Shown here: piece by piece, positions 1-13,793 of the stretch
Numbering within the stretch: position 1 is the first letter of the stretch
Layout of the letters: every line of letters starts with the position of its first letter
Source of the DNA: the human T2T-CHM13v2.0 reference genome, Homo sapiens
Direction: 5' to 3' (one strand)
Length of the DNA stretch: 64,000 bases
NCBI RefSeq assembly: GCF_009914755.1
Contig: NC_060927.1
Notes under the pieces: generated by a model
What the model was told of the DNA's origin: nothing
What the model saw: the letters and a program-made list of their open reading frames with translations, nothing else
Database searches by the model: none
Position numbers and translations under genes: made by a program

Positions 1-650
1 TGAAAAATGACATCTCATCATTGTTTTGTTTTCTGTATCTTTGATACAGAAAAGTTGAATGTATTTTTTCATATGCTTATATTGGTCATTTATATTCATC
101 CTTCTGTGATTTAACACTACATTTCCTTTGCTCATGTTTTTCCTATTGGTGTGATGTTTTCAAGATTAATTTAAAAGAGTTTAACATGACTTAAATTATA
201 ACCTTTGTTTGTTACATTTATTTTCATATTTCTTTCCTGGTTTATAATTTTCCTTTTGTTATTGTTTTGTTATGTGTGAGAGAAAAAGAGAGCTGGTTAA
301 GGTCCTTGGTGTCTATACAGACCCTGCCTCCAACAAGGGATAGATAAACAATAAAATATGTTACAAAACTTAGAGTAGATATTTTAAATTTTATGTAGTT
401 AAACCTTTCTACATGAGATCTTTTGTTATATTTATTCACAGAAACTCCTTCTCATCCTGAAATAACTTAAATATCATTTTTTAACATTTAGATGTTTATG
501 TCCTTTTAAAAATATTTAGTGTATATTTCACACATCTTAATTTTTATTTATTGTGAAGTCTAGATTAGATATAACTTTTTATCGCCTTCAAAAACAGCCA
601 TTTTCCTCAACACCATTTGTTCAGTAACCCATCTCCTCCCCTTAGTTTGT
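1..650 (-). mobile_element. Old mammalian L1 (L1M-type) ORF2 3' fragment
   Basis: T-rich diverged antisense L1 motifs (catctcatcattgtttt, ttcctcaacaccatttgtt); boundaries approximate. Confidence 0.45.
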
Positions 651-658
651 GATACATA

Positions 659-1359
659 TGTTAGAGTAGGTAGCGAAGCAGACATGAGCAGGGCAGGAGA
701 GGGCCTCCCCACTATCCAAAGAATGTCAGGCAACCGTCAGGTGATGGTCAGGTAGTTGTTAAACTAGCTCTCTAAAATAATAATTGGCCACAGCTGGCGC
801 CAGGGAACGGCGGTCTCCCAATAGATAGAAAACACCTGAAACTGGTGATAAGCAGCTTCCCAGTAAGATTTCAGGAGCTGGGCAAGTGGGCTCAAGCATG
901 CGCACTAAGAGGCAAAATGGCGGAGTTTAACTGGTGTATGACCTTCTTCTGGAAACGCTAAGCTGGTAAGGGAAAAAAACACCTCAAATGGGCATGCACT
1001 CAACTTTAGTAAACATACTGCACATGCGGCTCATCCCAAGTGCTGTCAGGCCACTGTGCATGTGGCCAGCCCACCCCCAGGGAAGAATCAGGGGAGAAGA
1101 AACGCAAACCCTGGAATCATGCCAATGATTCCCCAAATCGAGGGCTAGATGGAGCTCTTGGATCTCTCAGGTCAACCACTTGGCTCTCTTCCAAATGTAC
1201 CTGACTTTCTTTCATTCCTGCTCTAAAACTTTTAATACACTTTCAGTCCTACTCTAAAACTTGCCTCAGTCTCTCACTCTGCCTTATGCCCCTCAGACAA
1301 ATTCTCTGGAGGCAAGAATTGACTTGGTGCGCACCTGTATGAATCCACCCCTCTTAACA
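659..1359 (+). mobile_element. ERV1 solo LTR, MER50-like
   Basis: TG...CA termini (TGTTAGAGTAGG...TTAACA); ~700 bp; 4-bp flanks cata/tata; degraded polyA signal aataca at ~1234; subfamily from recalled consensus. Confidence 0.75.
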
Positions 1360-2619
1360 TATATGATAGGCAAAATTCCCAAAGTCACTAAGGCCCGGTT
1401 TTCTGAAACAGCTTTAATCGTTATGCATTTCTTTCTGGTGTTGAATGGAAATCTGTCACCTTTTACCTTTTACTTCTTGAAGCTTCTGCTCCTGTGGCTC
1501 CAAAATATGAGGACCCTCATGACATTATTCTGTGAATGTGTGTAGGGGGCTCTGTGGACAGATGTGTCGCCAACAAGGCAACTTACTACAGATTGCACTT
1601 TGCTCTGTTTTCTTTAGTGAGAGGACGTTATCTTCTATGTCACATGTCACAGTTTCTAGCTTCATTAGAAACCACTTTGATGCCCCTGGGGGTAGCTTTC
1701 CCCAAAGGCTATGTGTAGGGAAAGTAGCCTCAGTTGTTAAGGGAGAAGCATGTTTTCAAGATGTATTACATTTTAAAGGTCTGAAAATAAGGCAGCCTTA
1801 CCTATGGGCAGCCAGAGAGGTGGCGGAGATGGAGAAGTGGAGACAGTGGTTCGCAGTCTGCATGAGGGCCTGGAACCAGACCTGCCTGGGCACTAATGGG
1901 GCCAGCTTGTGGCCTGTTTCCACCCTGGGGAAGAGACTGGAGGTGTGCGTGTGGACTAAAAGAGAGTTACTACCTTGGTGCCCAAGCTTGCAAGCCTCTA
2001 TACTTGCATAGGGATCATCCCTGTGGATGAGCACCCATGGGATAGTGTGGGTCTAAGCTCTAACAGCCATAGTCTGTTGCAGTGAGAAACAGTGGTTGCC
2101 ATGGGATACCCAGACTCCAGTTCCCTCTCTGCAGCATCAGGGAAGGCTGACTGTTTTGTGACTGGGATTCCCGTTTGCATCAGGGAAGGCTGACTCCTTT
2201 GTAACTGAGTAACCCCCCTGGGAATCCAGTGTGGGCATCTGCGAAGCCTCAAGGGGAATATACTGAATTAAATGTTAATAATGTTTGTGTCTACTTAAGT
2301 AATTAATCAGAAAAAGTAAAGATTTGACATGCATTTGTGGAGCAGTTCAAACCAGTTAAACCTATCAAAACGGGTCAAATCAGATCAAACAGTTTAAACC
2401 ACACAGCTATGGTTATTCCTCTCAAATCTTGTGGTCTCCAGACTCAATATTCTGATTTGTGTTATAATAAAGTCATTCTTAAAATGGCTTAACTTTCAGC
2501 ACTGTTATCACCTTATCTAATTCATCTCCAGTTTGCCAATATTGCCATTAAACCACAGCATCTAGAATTTACCAGACAATCCAGTGAAGCCAGCAGATTG
2601 GTAACCACTCTTTGTCTGT

Positions 2620-3060
2620 ATGCAGTATGGGTTAGATGTTTTCTATTTGTCTCTTCAGATCCACTTTCCACACTTCTCTACCCTAGCCTGGGCCTGGGTG
2701 GCTGGCTTGTGTGGACTGAATGGGCTGCATCAAGGGACTTCCTTGCTCTCTGGCTTCTGGTTGGGTTTGGCCGAGGGGCATCAGTAGAGACAGGAGGAGA
2801 GTGAGGTCCCGGTGCTTACTGCCCTGGCTTTCTTTTGCTTTGTCCCTCTACCCAAGGCCACAGCTCTTTTAGGCAGGTGTCTCTGATAACTCTTCTCTCC
2901 TGGTTTCCTTCCTTGGTCCTTGAGACATAGGGATGATAACAGCTTCCACTCTTATACCATATTTTGTGTTTTTCTTAGTTTTTCCTGCACTTTTATAAAT
3001 AGTTCTCATTAAATGCTCCCTAATTACTCCATTTGACATTGTCATTTGTTTCCTAGGCAT
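2620..3060 (+). mobile_element. ERVL LTR (LTR33-like)
   Basis: ctctggcttctggttgggtttggcc motif and 3' ttctcattaaatgctcc...ttcct pattern. Confidence 0.5.
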
Positions 3061-3664
3061 ATGCATTTTGTGAAACATCAGGGTGTTTCTTATGCACATT
3101 ATATTTGAGAACCATTGAGTGAACAGTGCTGAGGTGGCTAAATGGAATTCCCACCAGCTTTTTAAATTATATTATAGAAACAACGGTACATATGTTATGA
3201 GACTCCTCCTCTTGCTTCCCAGTGAGGAGGCAGAGCCATGTACATTATTGTTTGGCTGGATCTCTACACAGCCATCAGTGAATTGCTCTGAAATTGACCT
3301 TCTTATGGTAGAAGGTAGGTCCTGCCTGAAAACCAAAGGCTGGGCAAGAAGAAACTGGGACTTTGATAAGCCAGGGCTGGCGGAGTTTCAGGAATTAAGA
3401 GCTGAGCAGTCACGACAGAAGTGATTCACTTATATCCTTCTCTGCTGGAGCTTGTATAGGGATAGCAGTATCCCATTGAAGAGGCTGGTGCCAGGGTCCC
3501 AGGGGTGCTCACTGAGTGAGAAGGACCCTGCTACTGGGTGGACAGCCTAGGAGGGACATTGGACATCCTGCCTTTTCAAAAACTGTACTAGGGAAAGTTA
3601 CCCTTGAGGTTGGGGGAAGGTGACACTTATTTATAGTTGCTTTCTCAGAACTTTGTTTTGTTAA

Positions 3665-4135
<471 letters not shown>

Positions 4136-4398
4136 AGGGCAGGTTTCTTAGTGCACTTAGGGAAGGGACACAGAAGAAACACACCCAAGTCCTGCTTCCT
4201 TTATGTGCTTGTTTATTTGTTGTTTCTTAAATTTCTGATTGGATGACTTTGTTAGACAAACAAAGTATAACAGCTGAGCTTACATGAACACAGTTTGTGT
4301 TGATGCATATAAAAGAATGACTGCTGAATTGCACAGCCCTGCCCCATCTGCAGGGAGGGAGCAGGACAGAACAGAGTATGTGTATTGGCATCTTAGGG

Positions 4399-4672
4399 CA
4401 GGGCTGTTCAACAGAAATAGAACACAATCCTTTCTAGTAATCACAGTAAAAACAACCAGGTAAAATAAATTTTAATTATTAACTTTAATAATATCAAATA
4501 TATAATAATATAAAATACATTTGTTTTCAATAGAAAATATTTTTACTCTGCTCCAGATTTTCAGTGTGCACTTAAATTAATCAAAATTAAATAATATTAA
4601 AAATAGAGTTACACTACAGTAGTCACATTTTAAAGGCTCTGCAATCACATGGACTAGTGGCTACTATAGTGT
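4399..4672. mobile_element. hAT-Charlie MITE (MER33-like)
   Basis: cagggctgttcaacagaa start, AT-rich core, cacatggactagtggctactata end. Confidence 0.55.
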
Positions 4673-5654
4673 AGTATGGTCATAAGGTTCTGCCACAGCA
4701 AATAATCACAGCCTTACCCAAGCTGCACAGGAGGCTACCCTTGTCTCTGCTGCTTTCTTATCTCCCTTCAGAACCTCTTTCCATTGCTTTCCTTTTCCCT
4801 GTGATCCTTGCAGCTCTTAAGAACTGTCAACCTTCTTAAAGTCCCCACTTCATCCATCCCTTCTCCCCAAACACCCCGTGGTGTTCCTCTAACATCTCTC
4901 TTAGAAGGTAAGAAGATAGATTAAAGGCATTTGCAAAGAGGTGGGAATGAGGCTTCAGACACAAATCTCCTATCCAAAATTAGCCTCTAATTGCTGAAAA
5001 GGGGTGGGAACCAATTGCAATGAATTCTACTACACAGCTTTTAATCTTGGGGTCTAATATTCAAGGACTTAGCTTGCAGACCATCAAGCCTCCCTGCCCT
5101 CTCCTAAGCCCCTCCCATACCCTTCCTCACCCTTGCAAGCCAAGACCTCTAAGCTCAGTCAACACAGCTCTTGTTCACAAATAATAAAATAGGTGCCATG
5201 TATATAGCATGGATAATGTCAGATTTGTATACTGATATCTGGAATCCCCAAGATGACCCAGCAAGGGAACCATTATACTCCTGTTCCCATGGACTCAGAG
5301 GGTGCAGCCAGGATGGAGATATGGGTCTCTCTGACCACAGCCATGGACTGCTTCACACCAGCCTGCCCCTGGGACCTCAGCTGTCTGGTAGGTGAGGAGA
5401 GAAATCTGAGCAGCAAAGTCATGTGAAAGAGCTGGTTCCAGGAGGGCTTCCAAAGGGCTGTAGATTCACTGAGTGTCCACGGCAAAGTGTGTGCAAACTT
5501 CTGAGGGCAGACACCTTGCCTCCTACCCACAGGGCTGTTGCACCCAAAGAGGACAGATTCACTGTTACCTGCATCTGGTGGAGATTATCTCCAAGATGGT
5601 TCAGTTATGTTCCCTACAATGGTTTGTTTTGTTATTGATAATATTCTTTTACTT

Positions 5655-6165
5655 AAAAAAATTGAGATAAAGAAAATATACCTCTTTCTATGTAACCATC
5701 ACCCCAACCAAGGTATAGAACATTTCCTTTGCCCCAGAAAGTACTGTTTTGCTTCCTTGAAGATAGTGTTTCCCACAGGGATGAAAACTACTCTAACCTC
5801 ATTACTATACATTAGTTATACCTTTTCTTGAACTTCATAAACATGGGATTATGTAGGATGCATTTTTTGATCTGACCTCTGCTTAATTGTTTGTGAGATT
5901 CTTCTGTGTTATTTTATTGGTAGTTTATTCTTCCATTAGAAAAATAATACCTAATTGTATTTTTTTGTCATGCCCTGTTGATGGGCTTTTGGGTAATTTC
6001 CAGTGTTTGTGTACTATGACCAAAGCAGCTATGTCTTTAGGGGGACATATGCATTCATTTCTTCAGGATACATACTTGGGAGTAAAATTGCTGGTCTGTA
6101 GGATAGGCATATGTTTAACTTTATTAGAAACCAGCAAGCATTTTTCCAAAGTGGCTGCACTGTGC
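5655..6165 (-). mobile_element. L1M 3' fragment
   Basis: atagaacatttcc, gatgggcttttgggtaatttccag, ggagtaaaattgctgg, ttttccaaagtgg motifs. Confidence 0.6.
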
Positions 6166-6559
6166 CTTTAACAGCTTTTATAAGGTCCTGGTTCCTGGCC
6201 AGGCAGCTGGCAGGTCCACCTGGCAACCAGATTGTAGTAGCCTAATGGGGTTGTTTGTGCATCCTCAATCTGGATGCAGGTCAACAGAATCCAGCCTGAA
6301 CCACCTTAAATAAAAAAGGGGGTATCACTGGCAAATGTAGTCCAGTGTGGGAAGGCCAAGATGTTTGGAGCCAGGAACCCTCTCTCCCCTTTCTGTCTCT
6401 CAGTTCTACTTCTCTCTACCTGCACTTGGACTTCTGCCAAGCTGGCCATTTCCATATGACTGAGATATGGCCTGAGGTCCCCTCTTTAAAGCTTTGCAAG
6501 CATTTGGAGTCCTCCAACCCAAAGATAAAAGATGGTGAAAATTAAAACTACCCCCAAGA

Positions 6560-7245
6560 TGCCATTTTTAACTTGTTAGATTGGCAAAATTCCAGAGTTT
6601 GATAACACTTTTTATTGACATGGCTATGGGGAAATGGGCAGTTGCATACACTGCAAGTGAGAGTGAAAAATTGGTACAACCCCTAGAGACAGAAATTAGC
6701 CTGCATGTATCGAGAAAAGTAATCCTATTTCTAGCAATGTATCATACAAATATTCTCAAAATATTGTATGTTGTGTATGCAAAACAATATACATACAAGG
6801 CTAGTTACTGCAGTGTTGTTTGAAATAGCAAAGACAGGAAATACCTAAATGTCCTTTGAAAGGGCACTGATTAAGTAACATAATACATATATTTAATGGA
6901 ATACTCTGTAGCTGTACTATTTTTTTAAAATAAAGATACAGGTGAGGAAGTACTTCATCTACTGATGTAGAGAGATCTCTGCCAAGATACAATGTTAAGA
7001 GAAAATAAAATTCAGCAGCAGAAAATATGCACCTTATGCCACAATTTGTGTAACAAAAGATAGAAAACAAATTTGTACTTGTTTGTGTATGCACAAAGAA
7101 ACCATGGAAGGATACCCTAGGAAGTACCTGGTTATGGGAGTAGAACTAGAGAAAGGGAGAGAACAAGACTTTTTACTGTATACTTTTTCTTTTTAGACAT
7201 TATGATTTTTGAACTACGTAAATGTATTGCCTAGTTAAAATAATA
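6560..7245 (+). mobile_element. L1M (L1MC/ME-type) 3' fragment
   Basis: aaattggtacaacc, cctaaatgtcc, aatggaatact motifs of the L1 ORF2 end and 3' UTR. Confidence 0.55.
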
Positions 7246-7839
7246 CTTTGAGTTTTAAGTTGTAAATTTTAGCCTTGATTGTCCAGCTTAATAATGTGCC
7301 TGTCTCTGCACCAATCACTACGTCTAGGGTGGGGTGCTATTTTTAGTACCTAGAAAAGGTTTGGAGGAACTTCTCTTCTCCCAGGAGAAGAGTACTGTTC
7401 TGAGAAGATGAAACTAAAAATGCTCATTATACCCAGGGGGCAGGGTCAGATGGATCCCAAAGTTGTGGTGTAAGGTTGCTTGTGAGGACTTTCGAGGCTT
7501 CGAGGACGGAGGTCTCTGGAGCCTCAGATAAGATCCTTCCACAGTGCCACTTAGCTAATCTACTAGATCCCTTCCCCTTACCTGTCCAGCCCCCTGGAAT
7601 TAAAGGCACTGACGGAAGCTCCCTTTCCTGCTTGTATAGGGGAGCTCTAAGGGGAATTTGAAGGTACAGGAGTATCCTGCTGCTGCTGACATCCATATCT
7701 CCAAGCCCTTCTATTTTATTGATGTAACTAATTCCACCGTACCCCAACCACTCACACCTAGCCTTTTCTTCCAATCTTAGTTGGCTTTGGTCCTTGGTTT
7801 TATCCTTTATTTTTGCCTTTAGAACAGTCTTGCTGTATT

Positions 7840-8260
7840 CTTCAGAACAAGTATGTCATAAGCAAATTATAAGATGGGGATTTTTCTGCATGTGATTTAT
7901 TAGGGCAGAGCTCTCAGGAGAAATGGGGGAAAGAAAGTAGGATAAGGCCAGGAACAGAACTGAAAAGGATGAACTTGGCTTCAGCGTGATCTTTCTGGAA
8001 GCTTTGGAGTATCAATTGTACCACAGAGTCATTGTCACTTTGAGGCAAATGCACCTGCATTTTGTATTCCTGTGTTAATAAGTCATTGGTTGATGGCTTG
8101 TGAGGAGGGGACATGCCTAACCTCCTGTCAAGATGGCTGCTGTTCCATTGGCCAAGGGCAGTTTTCCAGAGAAGGGGCAGTGGCCAACACTCACAGCAGC
8201 TGGGGGACAGGCATACCTGCTTACATTGGAATCTGAGCAGGGTGCTCACAGTGTTCAGCA
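7840..8260 (-). mobile_element. ERVL LTR (LTR16-like)
   Basis: gtgatttattagg (reverse polyA region), ggaagctttggag, agtcattgg motifs shared with other copies in this window. Confidence 0.45.
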
Positions 8261-9177
8261 TTAGTTTTGTTGGGTATCTTTAGGGGGCCACTTCTTTCTG
8301 AGCACTTTAAGATGAGATTTGCTTAATTGCTATTCTGTCCACTCCTTACTTACCTCTCTCACACACTGCTGCATTATTTTTTTAATTGGTTTTTTAAAAT
8401 TTCTAAGTTTTTTATTTTTTATTTCAATAGCTTTTGGGGTACAAGTGGTTTTTTGTTACATGGATGAATTATATAGCAGTGACTTCAGAGACTTTAGTGC
8501 ACACATCACCCCTGTAGTGTACATTGTACCAAACGTTTGGTTTTTAAAATCCCTAATCCCCCTCCCACCTTCCCTCTTCTGAGTCTCTTCTGAGTCTATT
8601 ACATCACTCTGTATGCCTTTGCATACTCATAGCTTAGTTCCCACTTATAAGTGAGAACATAACAGTTTTTGATTTTCCACTCCTGTGTTACTCCTCTTAG
8701 AATAATGGCCTCCAGCTCCATTCAAGTGGCTGCAAAAGACATAGTTTTGTTCCTTTTTATGGCTGAGTAGTATTTCATAGTATATATATATGTTTTCTTT
8801 ATCTGCTCATTAGTTGATGGGCATTTAGGTTGGTTCCACATCTTTGGAATTGTGAATTGTGCTGCTATAAACAGACATGTGCAAGTGTCTTTTTCTATAA
8901 TGACTTCTTTTCCTTTGGGTAAATACCCAGTAGTGGGATTGCTGGATTGAATGGTAGATCTATTTTTAGCTCTTTAAGGACTCTCCATACTGTTTTCCAT
9001 AGAGGTTGTACTAGTTTACATTCCCACCAGCAATGTATAAGTGTTTCCTTTTCTTCACATCCATGCCAACATCTATTGTTTTTTGACTTTTTAATTATGG
9101 CCATTCTAGCAGAAGCAAAGAGATATCTCATCATGGTTTTGATTTGCATTTACTTGGTGATTAGTGATATTGAGCAC

Positions 9178-12100
9178 TATGTTGAATAGAAATGGTGAAA
9201 GTGGGCATCCTTGTCTTGTTCCACTTCTCAGGGGGAATGGTTTCAACTTTTCCCCATTCAGTATAATGTTGGCTGTGAGTTTGTCATAGATGGCTTTTAT
9301 CACCTTGAGGTATGTCTTTTCTATGCCAATTTTGCTGAGGGTTTTTAATCATAAAGTGATGCTGGATTTTGTCAAATTCTTTTTCTGCATCTATTGAGAT
9401 AATCATATGATTTCTGTTTTTAATTCTGTTTATATGTTGTACCACATTTATTGACTTGCATATGTAAAACCATCCCTGCATTCCTGGTACGAAACCCACT
9501 TGATTATCATGTGTTATCTTTCTAATATGCTGTTGGATTCAGTTGGCTAGTATTTTGTTGAGGATTTCTGCATCTATGTTCATCAGGGATATTGGTTTGT
9601 AGTTTTCTTTTTTTATTATGTCCTTTCCTGGTTTTGGTATTACTGGCTTCATAGAATAATTTAGGGAGGATTCCCTCCATATCTTTTGGAATAGTTTCAG
9701 TAAGATTGGTACCAATTCTTCTTTGAATGCCTGATAGAATTCACCTGTGAATCCATCCGGTCCTGGACTTTTTTTGTTGGCAATTTTAAAATTACTGTTT
9801 CAGTCTCGCTACTTGTTATTGGTATGTTCAGCATTTCTATTTCTTCCTGGTTTAATCTAGGAGAGTTGTATATTTCCAGAATTTATCCTTATACTCTAGA
9901 TTGTATAGTCTGTGCACATAAAGTGCACAGTACTTTTCATAGTACCCTTAAATGGTCTTTTGTATGTCTGTGGTATTGACTGTAATACTTCCCATTTCAT
10001 TTCTAATTGAGCTTATTTGGATCTTCTTTCTTCCTTTCTTGGTTAATCTCACTAAAGGCCTATCAATTTTGTTTATCTTTTCAAAGAACCAGCTTTTTGT
10101 TTCATTGATGTTTTGTATTTGTTGTTGTTGTTTCAATTTCATTTAATTCTGCTCTGATCTTGTTATTTCTTTTCTTCTGCTGGGTTTGGGTTTGGTTTGT
10201 TCTTGTTTCTCTAGTTCCTTGAGGTATGACCTTAGTCTATTTGTGCTCTTTCAGACTTTTTAAATCTAGGCATTTAAGGCTATGAACTTCCCTCTTAGCA
10301 CTGCTTTAGCTGTGTCCCAGAGGATCTTGATTTCATTGTTGACCCAAACATCATTAAGGAGCAGATTATTTAATTTCCATGTATTTGCATGGTTTTGATG
10401 GTTCCTTTTGGAGTTAACTTCCAATTTTATTCTACTGTGGTCTGAGGGAGTACTTGATATAATTTCAGTTTTCTTAAATTTATTGAGACTTATTTTGTGG
10501 CCTATCATGTGTTCCATCTTGGAGAATGTTCCATGTGCTAATAAAAAGAATGTACATTCTGCATTGGTGGGTAATGTTCTGTAATTTCTGTTAAGTCCAT
10601 TTGTTCTAGGGTACAGTTTAAGTTCATTGTTTCTTTGTTAACTTTCTGTCTTGATGATCTGTCTAGTGCTGTCAGTGAATTATTGAAGTCCCCAGCTATT
10701 CTTGTGTTGCCGTCTATCTCATTTCTTATGTCTAGTAGTAATTGTTTTATAAATTTGGGAGCTCCCATGTTAGGTGCATATATATTTAGGATTGTGATAT
10801 CTTCCTGTTGGACTGATCCTTTTATCATTACGTGATATCCCTCTTTGCCTTTTTAAACTGTTGTCTGTTTTAAAGTCTGCTTTGTCTGATGTAAGAATAG
10901 CTGCTCCTGCTCACTTTTGGTTTCCATTGGCACAGAATATCTTTTTCCACTTCTTTACCTTAAGTTTATGTGAGCATGTCTATGTTAGGTGAGTCTCTTG
11001 AAGACAGCATATACTTGATTGGTGGATTTTTATCCATTCTGCCACATTTTAAGTGGAGCATTTAGGCCATTTACATTCAACATTAATATTGAGATGTGAG
11101 GTACTGTTTTATTGATTATGCTTGTTGTTGCCTGAATACCTTAGGTCTGTTATTTTATTTAGGCCCTGTGAGGTATATGCTTTAAGGAGGTTCTATTTTG
11201 GTGTATTTCTAAGTTTTGTTTCAAGATTTAGAATTCCCGTTAGCATTTCTTGTGGTGCTGGCTTGGTGGTGGCAAATTCTCTCAGCATTTGTCTGAAAAA
11301 GACTTTATCTCTCATTCATTTATGAAGCTTAGTTTTACTGGATACAAAATTCTTGGCTGGCAGTTATTTCGTTTAGAATGCTAAAGATAGGACCCCAGTC
11401 TCTTCTGGCTTGCAGGGTTTCTGTTGAGAAATCTGCTGTTAATCTGATAGGTTTCCCTTTATAGGTTACCTGATGCTTTTGCCTCACAGTTCTTAAGATT
11501 CATTCTTTCCTTCATCTTGACTTCAAATAACCTAATGACTATGTGTCTGGGCGATGATCTTTTTGCAATGAATTTCCCAGGTGTTCTTTGAGCTTCTTGT
11601 ATTTGAATGTGTAAATCTCTTGCAAAGCCCAGGAAGTTTTCTTCGATTATTCCCTCAAATATGTTTTCCAAACTTTTAGATTTCTCTTCCTCCTGAGGAA
11701 CACCAATTATTCTTAGGTCTGGCCATTTAACACAATCCTAAATTTCTTGGAAGCTTTGTTCATTTTTTAAAATTCTCTTCTCTTTGTCTTTGTCTCCTTG
11801 GGTTAATTTGAAGGCTTGTCTTGGAGCTCTGAAATTATTTTTTCTACTTGTTCAATTCTATTGTTCTAACTTTTCAATGCATTTTGTCTTTCTCTAAGTG
11901 TGTCTTTCATTTCCAGAAGTTGTGATTGTTTTTTCTTTATGATTTCTATTTCTCTGGAGCATTTTTCATCCATATCCTGTATTTTTTAAACTTATTTAAA
12001 TTGGTTTTCACCTTTCTGTGGTATGTCCTTGAGCAGCTTAATAATCAACCTTCTGAATTCTTTATCTGGCAATTCAGAGATTTCTTCCTGGGTTGGATGT

Positions 12101-13793
12101 ATTGCTGGGGAGCTACTGTGGTCTTTTGGGGTTGTTTTAGAACCTTGCTTTGTCATATAACCAGAATTACTTTTCTGATTCCTTCTCATTTGGGTAGACT
12201 ATTGCAGTGGAAAGATCTAGAATTCAAGTGCTGCTGTTCAGATTATTTTGTCCCATGGGGTGGTCCCTTGATGTGGTGCAGTCCCCCTTCCCCTAGGGAT
12301 AGGGCTTTCTGTTAGCCAGACTGCAGTGATTGTTATTGCTTTTCTGGGTCTAGCCACCCAGTGGGACTACCAGGCTCTGGGCTCGTGCTGGGGAATGTCT
12401 GCAAAGAGTCCTGTGATGCAATCTGTCTTTAGGTCTCTCAACTGTGTATACCAGCACCTGAGCAGGTGGAAGTGGTAGGGGAGTTAAATAGAGTCTGTGA
12501 GAGTCCTTAGTTGTAGATATGTTTAGTGTGCTGGCTTTCTCAAATGCTGATTATGCTAGTAGTGAAGTTGTCACATGGACAGACTCAGGACCACTGGTTA
12601 GCCAGGATGTTGCAGGAAGTTGAATTTGCTATTGTTTTCTCCTTCCTTGGAGCAGTTATTCTGTCATGAGTTGCTGTAATGTCTTGAGTTGGTTGGCCTC
12701 CAGCCAGGAGATGACACTTTGAAGAGAATACCAGCTGCAACTGTAGAAGGGGGATATAGGCTTGCCCTGAGTTGGCCAGGATAAGCATTTGGGTTTCTCA
12801 GGCAATGGTCAGGGTCGTAAAGCTCCCAAAGAGCTTATGTCTTTTGTGATTGGCTACTGGGGTGGGTAGAGAAATACCATCAGGTGGGTGAAGGGTAGGG
12901 TAGGTCTGAGCTCAGACTCTTCTTGGGCAGGGCTTGCCATGGCCACTGAGGGGGATGGAGGGTGGTTCTTGGGCCAATAGGGTTAGGTTTCAGAGGGGAT
13001 TATGGCTGTCTCTGTCACCAGGGAAGTGGGGGGAAGCCAGTAGCAATAGGCCTCACCCAGCTCTCATGCAGGTGGCAAAGCCAGTCTCACTAACACTGCT
13101 GAGTTTATCTCCAGGCAGCCTGGGCACAGGACTCAGACCTAGCTCCAGGCTATAAGTTTTCTCACTGAGAAAACAAGCATGGCTTTCAGGCCACACCTCT
13201 CCCCAACTGCCCACACTATTGGATGCAACTCCTGTTCTCCTGCTCTCCTTTCCTCAGCAGTTCCTGTTTGCCACTGGATTCTGCTCAAGAGAGTTTGAGC
13301 CCAGTCAAAATTATGCCAAAGTTCAGTCAGAAGCTACTTTCACCCTGTGACCTTTCTCAAATTCCACCAGCTGATTTCCCAAGGGCCCCTGTGAGATATA
13401 GTCAGAGATGGCTTCCCTGGGCTCAAGCTGGAGAATGGGAATACCTACAAGTCTCTTCCCACTGTTGTTTCTACTTTTATATTTCACACTAAATCCATTT
13501 CAGCTCTAGGTAAGGTTAAATCCTTCCTCCATAATCTGGACTTTTGCGTTCCCCAGTGGGGATGTGTTTGGAGGCAGGTTTTCTCCCCTCACACTTTGAG
13601 AACTCAGTTTTTCACCTGTCTTCTGGAATTTGCAGAGGCCTGCTGCTGCTTTCAAAGGATCTGTTAATTCTTTGTTTTCCTGGTACCTGGTGGTTCCTGG
13701 AGCAAAAGTCCATGGTGTAAGTCTCCACATACTATTCCATCCATCCAAGTGGGAGCTGTATGTCAGCCTTATCACCTATCCACCATCTTCCCC
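9178..13793 (-). mobile_element. Inner L1PB(a): 5' UTR, ORF1 and part of ORF2
   Basis: L1 5' terminus (reverse complement GGGGAAGATGGTGG) at ~13780-13793; ORF1-like peptides MRRNQKSNSG and ENIFEGIIEENF; endonuclease and RT peptides. Confidence 0.85.
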
